The notes under the pieces: model-generated
The model's database searches: none
What the model was told of the DNA's origin: nothing
What the model saw: the letters and a program-made list of their open reading frames with translations, nothing else
Sequence record: PP496443.1
Direction: 5' to 3' (one strand)
Length of the DNA: 64,000 nt
Made by a program: the position numbers and the translations under genes
In this document: positions 53,729 through 62,856 of the stretch, piece by piece
Numbering within the stretch: position 1 is the stretch's first letter
Layout: every line of letters starts with the position of its first letter

Positions 53729-54193
53729 ATGATCCAGATGGCACGTGACATTGACTTTTCCCTTCCGCACTCCAGCTCCAACTCGGTCAATTTTATCTTG
53801 CGTGTGGGCAAGATAAAGAACGGTGAGCGTGTGGATTCCTTCGCGTCAGACGAGTTGAAGCTTACACTCGAATCCACCAATCTAGAAGGGGTGCTTATCA
53901 GCCTGTTGGCTAAAGCGTCCAACTTAGAGCTACCTACCGTTGCGTGGGCCGGACTTGAGTATCTTATCGAGCGTGTCCAGCGGCAGTACGATTATGCTGT
54001 TATCGAGAACAGCTTCTACCGAACCATTCAAGGCTCTGATAGTAAGGGTACGGGTATTCGCCGTAATAAGCAGGTGACCGGCAACCGGGAGTACACGTTG
54101 AAAGAGTGGGCAGCGTGCTTCCTCCGGGGCCAAGGTGCCTACCCTGAGTACGAGCGTGAGTTCTTGTCGAGCCCTTGCCCACCCCAATTCTGA
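53729..54193 (+). CDS. Hypothetical protein
   Basis: 154 aa, adjacent to the upstream stop. Confidence 0.6.
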   Translation: MIQMARDIDFSLPHSSSNSVNFILRVGKIKNGERVDSFASDELKLTLESTNLEGVLISLLAKASNLELPTVAWAGLEYLIERVQRQYDYAVIENSFYRTIQGSDSKGTGIRRNKQVTGNREYTLKEWAACFLRGQGAYPEYEREFLSSPCPPQF

Positions 54194-54202
54194 GTAACCG
54201 AT

Positions 54203-54697
54203 ATGAAGATCCAACGGATTGAAAAGACCACGATAACTGATCTGATGCTTCGGGCATTGAGTCAGGGCTTCTTAGTCAACGCGTACCACGACAATAAGAA
54301 AAGACCAGTGGTCATGGTGGTGCGTATCCATGAAGACAAGGTGAAGCTGGTCAGCCATACGACCGGTAAGAAGTACGTCCACATGCTGGCTCAATCTCTT
54401 GCCGATGCCCACGCATTGTTCCCCGGAGTTCGTGCCGTAGACGAACCAGTGGCAAAGAAAGACCTTACTCCCTTGCTAGTGCAGGCAATGGAACGCGGGT
54501 TCCGTATCCATGGAAGCGGGCCAAGAGAGAAGGGAGAGACTACTCACTCGGTGATGATCTCAAAGGACACCGACACTGAAATACTGGTGCTGGGCGCAGC
54601 CACCGAAGAAGATCACTGTGATGCACTGGAGAAGGTGTTGAAACTGGCGCTGGAGCGCTTCGGCCAGGTAGTCCCGATCACCAAAAATAAAGTTTGA
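54203..54697 (+). CDS. Hypothetical protein
   Basis: 164 aa; possibly two internal repeats (DLMLRALSQGFLV / PLLVQAMERGFRI). Confidence 0.6.
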   Translation: MKIQRIEKTTITDLMLRALSQGFLVNAYHDNKKRPVVMVVRIHEDKVKLVSHTTGKKYVHMLAQSLADAHALFPGVRAVDEPVAKKDLTPLLVQAMERGFRIHGSGPREKGETTHSVMISKDTDTEILVLGAATEEDHCDALEKVLKLALERFGQVVPITKNKV

Positions 54698-54722
54698 CAG
54701 CCAAAACTGGCTCTGATACAAT
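54694..54722 (+). promoter_or_regulatory. Sigma70-type promoter
   Basis: TTGACA-N17-TACAAT with a TG extended -10. Confidence 0.75.
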
Positions 54723-54772
54723 GTATGTGCCGCGCCGTAAAGCGGCACACTACCCGAAGTGAAGGAACCGAG

Positions 54773-55675
54773 ATGACCAAAACATTAGCGCTGGCTCCTA
54801 TGGAGAAAGCAAATCTGATACAGGACGCTGAGTTCGCCGCGACCGCCATCAAAGAGTTGCTGACCCTGCTAATCGAGACCACTACCGAGTTGAAGAAAGA
54901 GCACGAAGACCCAATGTCTGCGGCCAAAGCTCGGTGTGATGAGTTGCATAAGACGGTGACCAAGATCGTGTCGTCGCACAACGCCAAGAACCCTGAATTC
55001 ATGTTGGCTATCGAGTCTTCGACCCGAGTGACCAACCATACCGTCTCAATCATGGACTTGACCAAGCGTCGAGGATTGAGAGTCGGTAAACCCTATCTAC
55101 TAAGCTACAAGAAAGAGCTGGCTGACAAGCTGGTTCAACTCGTAGACTTTCATCAGTTCTCAAAAGGACTGCCCGTAAAAGGGACGAAAGACGCCTTGTC
55201 TGATACCGTGGTAGCACTCGCCGCCGATGCCGACAGCATCGATGAAAAGGTGAAGGCTAGCTCGGACAACTCCAAGAACCCTGTGTTCATGATGGAGATG
55301 AATATCGTCCCGCCGTTCAACTACTTCTACGTACAACCCCGCAAGTTCCTGCTCCACAAGCTCGCCTTCGACCGCATCGGCAAAGGTGACAACAGCGACT
55401 TCATCGTGCTGAAGAAGCAAAAGGTTCTGGTGGTGGACAACGTTGCCGCCGAGAACTACAAGATGGAACCGCTGGAGCTGGCCGCTACGCTGATCGAAGC
55501 CATCAATCTGAAACGCCCCGCTGGCACATCAGAGCTGGCGATGGTGATGGAAGAACATGCGTCACTCAAAGGCAGTTCAGGCTACACGTTCTACTGGGTG
55601 GTTCCTCTGCCCACGCTTCACGTGCTGCAACCCATCATCGGCCAAGGTACCCTCGCTTGGGGCTTGGCAGTCTAA
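54773..55675 (+). CDS. Hypothetical protein (300 aa)
   Basis: Start re-called to MTKTL behind an AAGGA RBS and a 5' hairpin. Confidence 0.7.
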   Translation: MTKTLALAPMEKANLIQDAEFAATAIKELLTLLIETTTELKKEHEDPMSAAKARCDELHKTVTKIVSSHNAKNPEFMLAIESSTRVTNHTVSIMDLTKRRGLRVGKPYLLSYKKELADKLVQLVDFHQFSKGLPVKGTKDALSDTVVALAADADSIDEKVKASSDNSKNPVFMMEMNIVPPFNYFYVQPRKFLLHKLAFDRIGKGDNSDFIVLKKQKVLVVDNVAAENYKMEPLELAATLIEAINLKRPAGTSELAMVMEEHASLKGSSGYTFYWVVPLPTLHVLQPIIGQGTLAWGLAV

Positions 55676-55705
55676 TCCGTTCACCCACCATAAAGAGTAA
55701 TTGAA

Positions 55706-56239
55706 ATGGCAAAAGGTAAAACCCCGCTGTATCTGAGCTACATTGACACCATCAATGGTCTGCTCAACTCCATCAAGTTCTCGGCAGAACTGCCGGTGCA
55801 CAAGAAGTCCATCGACCGTTCGGGTCGTAACGTTGAGTGGTTGCGCAAGGGGATCAAGCGTGGTAAGCTGACCATCCCCGGCGTTGATATCGGCAACGAG
55901 TTCTGGAAGCTGGCTCAACTGCTGGAGGTGGAAGCACCCGCCTACGGCAATGTCAGTGCCTTAGGCATGGTTCAGACGGTTCATGTCAAGATCGGAGAGA
56001 CGGTTACTCTGAACGCTGAAGGTTGGTCGCCGAGTAGCATTGAGCAACGTGAGAGTCGGATGGACCGTAAGCAACCGGAAGTGCAGGAAGAAGTTCATCC
56101 CGTAGACCTGGCACTGCGTGGTTCCACCCCGAACCGGGCACGTCAGATCAGCAAGAACCGTAACTTCGCTGAGAACTATGGCACCAATGCAGACGTGACG
56201 GACAGTACCAAGACGCTCGACAAGTATGAAACCCGCTAA
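55706..56239 (+). CDS. Hypothetical protein
   Basis: 177 aa, strong codon bias. Confidence 0.65.
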   Translation: MAKGKTPLYLSYIDTINGLLNSIKFSAELPVHKKSIDRSGRNVEWLRKGIKRGKLTIPGVDIGNEFWKLAQLLEVEAPAYGNVSALGMVQTVHVKIGETVTLNAEGWSPSSIEQRESRMDRKQPEVQEEVHPVDLALRGSTPNRARQISKNRNFAENYGTNADVTDSTKTLDKYETR

Positions 56240-56717
56240 TCTCAAAGCTCTCGGGATCGACACCAAACCCGGAGCGATGAACATTCCAGATGGAAGGTGC
56301 TGGGTGTGCCCGGCGGTAGCGGGGCTGGAAGACCATCACATCATCCCGCGACACTGCGGGGGCGAAGGTGGGCCACAAGTCAGACTATGCGGCGTATGCC
56401 ATACGTCGATCCACAATCTGGCCAACAACAAGAAAGTGCTGGCGCAAGAGATTGAACCGCTGGAGATCCATGAGTACAACAAGGCTTGGTCCGATGCGCT
56501 GATGCTGCGCAAAGGTCATGCACTGGCGTATGTCATCGCTAAGTCCAACAAGGTGACGAAGGGGGACGCCAACAGGAAGGTTAAGTTCGCCACCACGTTC
56601 GACGGACTCACCAGCAGGCAGTTGAAGCAACTCAAGAAGAGCATGGGCTGCACAAGCCTTGACCAAACAATAGTGACGTTGATAAAACAGGCCCACGGGC
56701 GACTGTTTAGGGGATAG
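56226..56717 (+). CDS. HNH-motif nuclease-like protein with possible C-terminal ribbon-helix-helix
   Basis: CWVC...EDHHIIPRHCGG...LCGVCHTSIH, and C-terminal VKFATTFD...QLKQLKKSMGCTSLDQTIVTLI. Confidence 0.75.
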   Translation: MKPANLKALGIDTKPGAMNIPDGRCWVCPAVAGLEDHHIIPRHCGGEGGPQVRLCGVCHTSIHNLANNKKVLAQEIEPLEIHEYNKAWSDALMLRKGHALAYVIAKSNKVTKGDANRKVKFATTFDGLTSRQLKQLKKSMGCTSLDQTIVTLIKQAHGRLFRG

Positions 56718-56719
56718 AG

Positions 56720-57643
56720 ATGACCAAAAGTACTTCAGCTAACCAGAAGCAATTGAAAGACGTAGTTAGCTCACCGAAGCCATTCAATACAAAGCTAGAG
56801 CTGTATGTAGAAGATCATTTGTATTTCGATACGAAGAAGCCGTCGATCAAGGCGTCTTTCTCCGAGCTGGGGTTACAGCCGTTCGCCAAGGCACCGTCCA
56901 AAGGGTTCATCCCTAATCTGTCCAAGCTGGCCCGCTCCACCAACGGACCCGAACTGTTCCAGCATCTGGGCTCCCTCACCCAGAACCTAGATGCCAGCCA
57001 ACTACGGCTGCTGTCCGTGGTGTTCAACAACATGGCGAAGATGGAAGCCCATGGCTTGAACTTCGGCCAGAAGGTGTACGTCAACGTTTCAAGCCCGCGC
57101 ATCGAGTTCGTCGAGTGCTACGTCGAGGCCATTGTGATCGGCGTCGAGTCGGAACATCCAGAGTCCCCGGTGTTCCTGAGCGTAGCCTTCGAGAAGATGG
57201 CGGCAGATGCTCCGATGTGTTGGTCAATGCCCACCAGTTCTTTCCTGACCGAACGCCAGTTCCGGCTGCTGCGTAAGAGGCTGCGTGCGGAAGGCAAGAC
57301 CAGTGTACCGGACAAGATTCGCAAGGAACACTTGTGCTGGGAACGCGAGAACTTCGGTAAGCCGTCGAACCGGTTGTCCGTTGACGAGACTGTTCAAACC
57401 ATCGACACCGTCTCGGAGGACTGGCTCAACAGCAACGTCCTCTCTCTGCTCGATCCGTATGTGGATCCGACAGCACTGGAAGAGACCGAAGTGGCCGATG
57501 TCGAAGTGGTTGAAGAGAAGAAGACGCGAACCCGTGGTCCACGGAATCGTCGTGCAGAAGATAAGCAGACGCTTAGCCAAACTAAGGTCAAGTCGTCTGG
57601 TTCAGTGAAGATGAGCAACAACAGCATCTCCATCGTTCACTGA
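56720..57643 (+). CDS. Hypothetical protein
   Basis: 307 aa in the operon. Confidence 0.7.
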   Translation: MTKSTSANQKQLKDVVSSPKPFNTKLELYVEDHLYFDTKKPSIKASFSELGLQPFAKAPSKGFIPNLSKLARSTNGPELFQHLGSLTQNLDASQLRLLSVVFNNMAKMEAHGLNFGQKVYVNVSSPRIEFVECYVEAIVIGVESEHPESPVFLSVAFEKMAADAPMCWSMPTSSFLTERQFRLLRKRLRAEGKTSVPDKIRKEHLCWERENFGKPSNRLSVDETVQTIDTVSEDWLNSNVLSLLDPYVDPTALEETEVADVEVVEEKKTRTRGPRNRRAEDKQTLSQTKVKSSGSVKMSNNSISIVH

Positions 57644-57707
57644 TACCGATCCGCTGTATACCTTAAGTTGCTTATACCTTCAATACAACGAACCGAGATT
57701 CTGATAC

Positions 57708-58787
57708 ATGAAGATTACAAATGTGCATTCCACCCTACTCAATCTTGGAGTTAACCGATCACTGCTGGAGCAAGCGGTTCAGGTTACATTGAGTGCGTTG
57801 ATGCGACTGATCTCAGTTGACGCATACTGTAAGAAGATGAAGAAAGACTTCGGCATCGTGATGAACACTCAAGTGTTCAACGACACCTTCGACAACGGCT
57901 ACTATCTGAAACATGTCAAGCTTTATCTGGCGTGGTGTGTCGGCAAGAAGCTGACGGACAGCATCGACATCCGCCGGGCAGGTCGCCAGTTCGAACTGGA
58001 CGCCAAAGATCGGCAGCTAATCAATCTGATGAAACCCGCCGACCGCAAGATGGTACTGAGCAAGATCAATCCGGAAGTCGAACTGTACGCGTCTCCCAAG
58101 GTGATGGACATCAAGATTGGTGCGGCCATCGACTCGCTGACAGATCACATCGGCAAGTTCACCAACAAGAAGTTGACCTTCACCACGAAGGGTACTGGCC
58201 GGGATAAGGATGACGTGCACAGTGATCTTCGTATCGCCGCGTTGCGTGCCGCCTACAAGACCTACCCGTTCCAGCTGTGTGACTTGCATCTCATCAACTC
58301 GATGAAGTCTGCCATCCACAACGTCGGCATCAACCTGATCCAGTCCGCCACGACCAAGAGTCGTCAAGTGATGGTCAAGGAAGATGATGAGTTCATCATG
58401 CTGCGCGAGAACTTCGACTTCTACGGCAGCCATAACGACGTGGCGTCGGTCGTGAGCAGTTGCGGGCTGGACGGGGGCGCCGCTATGGGCTCAGGCGGGT
58501 GTTCCACCACTGACAGCATTACGTATCAGCAGTTGGTGTCCCAAGTCAAAGGCCGGGCAGCACAGTTCCTCGTAATGCTGGCCGGTCACTACTCGGAAAG
58601 GTTCTCCGCGTACTTGCGACAGATCGGCATCAACAAAGACAATGATGAATGGTCCCAAGCAGTTCTCACCGGTCGGCGCACGTCCATCCAGCGCTACTGT
58701 GAGATCATCGCAGACTATTGCAAAGTCCCCCACGAGATTGCCAACAAACTGCTAGCAGGTTATCGCCAGCAGATGGCTGTAATGTAA
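57708..58787 (+). CDS. Putative phage sigma70-like factor
   Basis: KDDVHSDLRIAALRAAYKTYPF...LINSMKSAIHNVGINLIQ resembles sigma region 2 (D.EDL.Q...L..A...Y...). Weak and read by eye only. Confidence 0.4.
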   Translation: MKITNVHSTLLNLGVNRSLLEQAVQVTLSALMRLISVDAYCKKMKKDFGIVMNTQVFNDTFDNGYYLKHVKLYLAWCVGKKLTDSIDIRRAGRQFELDAKDRQLINLMKPADRKMVLSKINPEVELYASPKVMDIKIGAAIDSLTDHIGKFTNKKLTFTTKGTGRDKDDVHSDLRIAALRAAYKTYPFQLCDLHLINSMKSAIHNVGINLIQSATTKSRQVMVKEDDEFIMLRENFDFYGSHNDVASVVSSCGLDGGAAMGSGGCSTTDSITYQQLVSQVKGRAAQFLVMLAGHYSERFSAYLRQIGINKDNDEWSQAVLTGRRTSIQRYCEIIADYCKVPHEIANKLLAGYRQQMAVM

Positions 58788-58798
58788 GGAGAGCTGTC

Positions 58799-59014
58799 AT
58801 GCCCCGTATCGTATTGCACCCCTCTGCAAGTAGTTGGTTCAACGGTCTGAAGTTCGCTGAGCGTCTGTATATCAGCGATGGATATACGCTCGATCAGATC
58901 GAGCACCACCTTGCCACAGAGAGAAATATCATCCTGCTGGATGCAGAGTACCTACGGGGCGTTGATGACTATCTGGGATACGCCCGTGAAAATCTCCGGG
59001 CTGTCCATCACTAA
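58799..59014 (+). CDS. Small hypothetical protein (71 aa)
   Basis: AAGGAG RBS, ATG at 58799. Confidence 0.6.
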   Translation: MPRIVLHPSASSWFNGLKFAERLYISDGYTLDQIEHHLATERNIILLDAEYLRGVDDYLGYARENLRAVHH

Positions 59015-59031
59015 TCAAAGAGGAAACGACC

Positions 59032-59169
59032 ATGCGTCGAGCCCAACGTACGTCTCAAGGCTTCAAGAATGGTTCCCACAATCGCAAGATGAAGGACCAC
59101 CGTAAACAACTCAACCAACCTCAAACCGAAGTACCGAAGGTTTGGGAAGCACTGGCGGAACTGGCATGA
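59032..59169 (+). CDS. 45-aa basic protein missed by the ORF track
   Basis: MRRAQRTSQGFKNGSHNRKMKDHRKQLNQPQTEVPKVWEALAELA, AGAGGA RBS, ATGA overlap with the kinase. Confidence 0.55.
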   Translation: MRRAQRTSQGFKNGSHNRKMKDHRKQLNQPQTEVPKVWEALAELA

Positions 59170-59855
59170 AAGACTACACACTTATCGTAATCTCCGGCAC
59201 GCATCGCACCGGCAAGACCACCATGATGCAGGAGTTCGTCAAACAGAACCCTGAGTTCCAGATACTGCCGTTCACTGTGACCAAAGTTTGGCACGACGTG
59301 TTTGGCGACCGCCCGTACACCATGGATCTTCACCCAGCAGACCGAGTGTTGTTCCAGTACGGGGTGCTCAATGCGTGGCATAAGTGTGTAGCAGAACATG
59401 TCTTACGTAATGGCAAGTGGGTTGTTGACCGAGGCCCCCTCGACTTCGCCACGTATATGCGCCTTGGACTGATCGACTGCATGGATCACGAAGTAAACCT
59501 GCAAGCAGAGCATTTCGTGCTCAACTGCATCCAGGCCACGGCGGGGCTTGTCAGTTACGAAATCTTGGTCAGTCCTGTGCTGCACCGGATCAACGGGGAT
59601 ATGGTAGAGGATGACGTCACGAAGCTCACCGGCAAGGTGGGGTTGATGAACCAGACGGTGTTCCATTCCATCCTGCGCGACGTGGCCCAAGACACCATCC
59701 GGTCCAGCATCTGCAGCGGGTACTCGGTCGGGCAACTGATCAACTTGCAAGAGTTGCCTACTGAGATTGTTAATCTGGGTGATCGTGTCAATTGGCTGCG
59801 GGAGGTGATCGATGCCAAACAAAAAGGAAAGGCCCGCCTACAGCCAACCCGCTAA
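59166..59855 (+). CDS. P-loop kinase (NadR/AAA_28-like, putative nucleotide kinase)
   Basis: IVISGTHRTGKTT (Walker A) and WVVDRGPLDFATY. Start re-called to 59166. Confidence 0.75.
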   Translation: MKDYTLIVISGTHRTGKTTMMQEFVKQNPEFQILPFTVTKVWHDVFGDRPYTMDLHPADRVLFQYGVLNAWHKCVAEHVLRNGKWVVDRGPLDFATYMRLGLIDCMDHEVNLQAEHFVLNCIQATAGLVSYEILVSPVLHRINGDMVEDDVTKLTGKVGLMNQTVFHSILRDVAQDTIRSSICSGYSVGQLINLQELPTEIVNLGDRVNWLREVIDAKQKGKARLQPTR

Positions 59856-61347
59856 GGCGTTCTCCGTCGGCGTACGGTTACTGGGGCGCCTGTGGTGGGA
59901 GCCTGCCAGCGGCAAGCATCGGCGGTTCGCCACAGTCAATCTGCCCCACGCCGCGCTCACGCTGTACATGGCAGATAGTGCGGGTGGTACGCAACTGAGT
60001 GTGACCACTCGTCTGAGCCGCCGCACATCCAAGAAAGATAAGAAGCCCAAGTCCGCATACATCAATCTTGGCCATTATCTAGACTACCAACATGCCAGCA
60101 ATTCAGCGCTCGGGAAGCTCAAAGAGTTTCTCGACAATAATCCGGAGCACTGTGTCATGCCTGAAGTCAACACCGCAACAAAGCTGGACATCACGCTGGA
60201 TCAGATGAAGTCGTTACTCGACGCTGCCGGGGTGAAAGAACATACTGCTGACACCCTGTGCCGCGTGTTCATGCCGGTCCCAATCAAAGGTGATCCTACC
60301 GATGGTCAGTCCAAACTCTCCATTGCGCTGGCAAAGCTGACCGACGACATCGACGCGATCTCCGGGATGTTCGACGCGGCAGAAGGTTTTACCGCCATGG
60401 ACTTCTGTCAGGCGGACGTGGCCTTCCAGAAGTTAATGCGACTGATCAACATCAAACCCCATGACCTGGACTCGGGTGGCGAAGAGATCAGCAAGTCGAT
60501 CAATCGTTTGGTCACCAGCATGTGGCGGTTCAAGATTGATCCGGCACCCTATCTGCTGGAACTAGGTTTGGACCCAGATCAGTCCACTGTGCTTGCCATG
60601 GAGAAGAAGCTGGTGGAAGTGTACGACGATGTTGAACCTGAGTTCACGCAGATGATGGAGTCCCAGTTGTCTAAGGCAGACATAGTTCGGGCTAACCAGC
60701 TTCGGTGGGGTTCAACAGACCTGAAACGTTACTTGCGAGACAACGGGTTACATATCCGTATGATCTTTAGCGACCCCGACAAAACCCCCTACGTAAAACG
60801 GTCCGTGTTCGTGTGCGATCTTGATGTCGTCAGCGTGGACGCGTTGGTAGATTCAGGTATTCTTTCGGCTAGTACCACTGAGCCTGATCTCATGTACCGA
60901 GCTTTCAACAGTCAGACGTGGAACCGTAAGCAAGCTCGTTACCTAGTCATCCAGAAAGAGACGTGGGATTTCCTTGATGCCAAAGGGTTAGAGTCCTTGG
61001 AAATTGAGGTAGCAGGATTACAACCGCATGTACTGGAAGGGTATGTTACACCGGAAAATGGAGAGTGGCCGGAAGATGTTGCCAACTATTTGGTAGACCT
61101 GGGATTCCGGAAACACGGGCATGCAGGTAGTGAATGTTACGTCATGCGACAACCATCTGGGATTAGCAAGAACGATTTCATTCGTAATCTGATCGACGCC
61201 CGTATACTTCGGGTCGACGGTACAGGGCACTATGCCAAAGTACGAGCCTTCACCGACGGTTTCAAGTCGAAGATTTACAAGTCCGACATCGATGAGTATC
61301 TGATCCTCCACGTTGACAACTGGCAGACGTCGTCCACGGCGCGCTGA
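59812..61347 (+). CDS. Hypothetical protein (511 aa)
   Basis: Long ORF ending at a terminator; no motif recognised. Confidence 0.7.
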   Translation: MPNKKERPAYSQPAKAFSVGVRLLGRLWWEPASGKHRRFATVNLPHAALTLYMADSAGGTQLSVTTRLSRRTSKKDKKPKSAYINLGHYLDYQHASNSALGKLKEFLDNNPEHCVMPEVNTATKLDITLDQMKSLLDAAGVKEHTADTLCRVFMPVPIKGDPTDGQSKLSIALAKLTDDIDAISGMFDAAEGFTAMDFCQADVAFQKLMRLINIKPHDLDSGGEEISKSINRLVTSMWRFKIDPAPYLLELGLDPDQSTVLAMEKKLVEVYDDVEPEFTQMMESQLSKADIVRANQLRWGSTDLKRYLRDNGLHIRMIFSDPDKTPYVKRSVFVCDLDVVSVDALVDSGILSASTTEPDLMYRAFNSQTWNRKQARYLVIQKETWDFLDAKGLESLEIEVAGLQPHVLEGYVTPENGEWPEDVANYLVDLGFRKHGHAGSECYVMRQPSGISKNDFIRNLIDARILRVDGTGHYAKVRAFTDGFKSKIYKSDIDEYLILHVDNWQTSSTAR

Positions 61348-61358
61348 CCGAGTGACCA

Positions 61359-61391
61359 AGAGCCCTGTGCCAGTACGGACGGGGCTTTTTT
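61359..61391 (+). terminator. Intrinsic terminator
   Basis: GCCCTGT...ACGGGGC followed by TTTTTT. Confidence 0.75.
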
Positions 61392-61408
61392 GCATCTGAA
61401 AATAAATG

Positions 61409-61438
61409 TTGCACGCCGTAATGCCCATGTGCTATACT
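61409..61438 (+). promoter_or_regulatory. Possible sigma70-type promoter
   Basis: TTGCAC-N18-TATACT with an extended TG, just after the terminator. Confidence 0.5.
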
Positions 61439-61483
61439 GGAATCACGGGAACTCCCCGCCACTATCCCACTGAGGAAAACGCC

Positions 61484-61747
61484 ATGACTACTACCCAGAT
61501 GAAAGCCCCAGCCCGCCCGGTCCAGTATCAGGTCGCTGTCGCCATTTTCATTACGTGCACCGCAATCTCCGTCGTGATCGGTTTGCACCACTTGTTCTGG
61601 ATGATGGTGTTCGGCTTCACCCCGGCAGGTGTGGTTGACTTTTCTTCACCGATCATCTTCGGCCATGCCAACGTCACCGCCCCACTCCTGATCGTCACGG
61701 CTCTGGTTGCCGTGTTCACTTGGCAGCTCGTTGACGTGGAGGCTTGA
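61484..61747 (+). CDS. Small two-TM membrane protein (87 aa)
   Basis: Start re-called to MTTTQ (GAGGA RBS); two hydrophobic segments. Confidence 0.65.
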   Translation: MTTTQMKAPARPVQYQVAVAIFITCTAISVVIGLHHLFWMMVFGFTPAGVVDFSSPIIFGHANVTAPLLIVTALVAVFTWQLVDVEA

Positions 61748-61749
61748 TC

Positions 61750-62091
61750 ATGGGCCATCGCAGCAAGTTCCCCTCGCTGGACAAGCAGGCCCGTGAACTG
61801 GAAGCCATGCGCAAGTATCTGGGCTTGGGTACATCGGTCGTCACCCCGCTAGTCGAACAGAATCTGGGTCCAGTCACCACTGTTAAGCGGGCAGGTTGGA
61901 ACGTGAGCATGTGGATCATGCCGAAAGATGGATACGTCCCCGAGTTTCTGGAAGTGTTCATTACCCTCATGGACAGACAGCTCGCTTGGGACTCGGCGAT
62001 TCAGTCGATCCCTAAGACCCACAAGCTGCACTTCATCGTTGACTGCATCTACGTTTACGAAGTCAAAGAATGGCACCCGGAGAACAACTGA
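61750..62091 (+). CDS. Hypothetical protein
   Basis: 113 aa, GGAGG RBS. Confidence 0.6.
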   Translation: MGHRSKFPSLDKQARELEAMRKYLGLGTSVVTPLVEQNLGPVTTVKRAGWNVSMWIMPKDGYVPEFLEVFITLMDRQLAWDSAIQSIPKTHKLHFIVDCIYVYEVKEWHPENN

Positions 62092-62348
62092 TGAATGCCC
62101 AAGAAAGAGCTGCACCCAAGTTCGTGATTAAGAAGGACGGCAAGTATCACGCCGGTTCTTCTTACGCCACGGGGTACGGCTACCGCAACAGCTGGAGCAA
62201 GACGATCGAGGCTGCACGAATCTTCGTCCCGGCAAACTCCCGTGTTAACAGTGACGCCGGTGCGCTTGAGAACATCGCCGCCCGGCTGAAAGGCAAGATC
62301 ATTCAAGTTACCCTCAATGCAGCTAACCGATACGTAGAGGTCCTCTAA
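62091..62348 (+). CDS. Hypothetical protein (85 aa)
   Basis: Start re-called to MNAQE (TGATG coupling). Confidence 0.6.
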   Translation: MNAQERAAPKFVIKKDGKYHAGSSYATGYGYRNSWSKTIEAARIFVPANSRVNSDAGALENIAARLKGKIIQVTLNAANRYVEVL

Positions 62349-62349
62349 C

Positions 62350-62778
62350 ATGCAACTGACCAATCAGCAACTGACTGCCCGTGAAAAAGATTACTGCGTG
62401 AACCGCTTGAAAGGTTACCGCAATGAGATCAAGACGCTGCGCAACTGGGAGCATCGGGACAAGGTCAAGCGGCCGCATCGCGTCCCTAGTCTTCGTGCAC
62501 AGCGCATCAATGACATCCGCCGGGCGGTGTTCTACCGAGGCATCCTGCGCGGCACCGTTGAACTGCCGCTTGCCAATCTGGGCCACAACCGATTCATCAC
62601 GCCCGCCGTGCCACTCGGATACACCATCATCCAGAACCGAGACGGCGTGTGGGGATGGGAGTCCGCCACTGCCCCCGAGTCGCATCGCAAGTCTGGCTTC
62701 GATATGTATCTAGTGGCGCTGATGGATTGCGTCCGGGCACAAGGTCCAACCTACGCGGCTGCTGCCGTATCGTACTAA
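62350..62778 (+). CDS. Hypothetical basic protein
   Basis: 142 aa, followed by a terminator. Confidence 0.6.
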   Translation: MQLTNQQLTAREKDYCVNRLKGYRNEIKTLRNWEHRDKVKRPHRVPSLRAQRINDIRRAVFYRGILRGTVELPLANLGHNRFITPAVPLGYTIIQNRDGVWGWESATAPESHRKSGFDMYLVALMDCVRAQGPTYAAAAVSY

Positions 62779-62783
62779 CAGAC

Positions 62784-62814
62784 AGCCCATGCGGTTTCGG
62801 CCCATGGGCTTTTT
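62784..62814 (+). terminator. Intrinsic terminator
   Basis: AGCCCATG...CATGGGCT followed by TTTT. Confidence 0.75.
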
Positions 62815-62820
62815 CCTCTT

Positions 62821-62828
62821 TGTAAATA
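62821..62828 (+). promoter_or_regulatory. TGTAAATA box
   Basis: Immediately after the terminator, 29 nt upstream of 62857. Confidence 0.45.
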
Positions 62829-62856
62829 GCCCGCACAACCCAACTAGGTACACACA

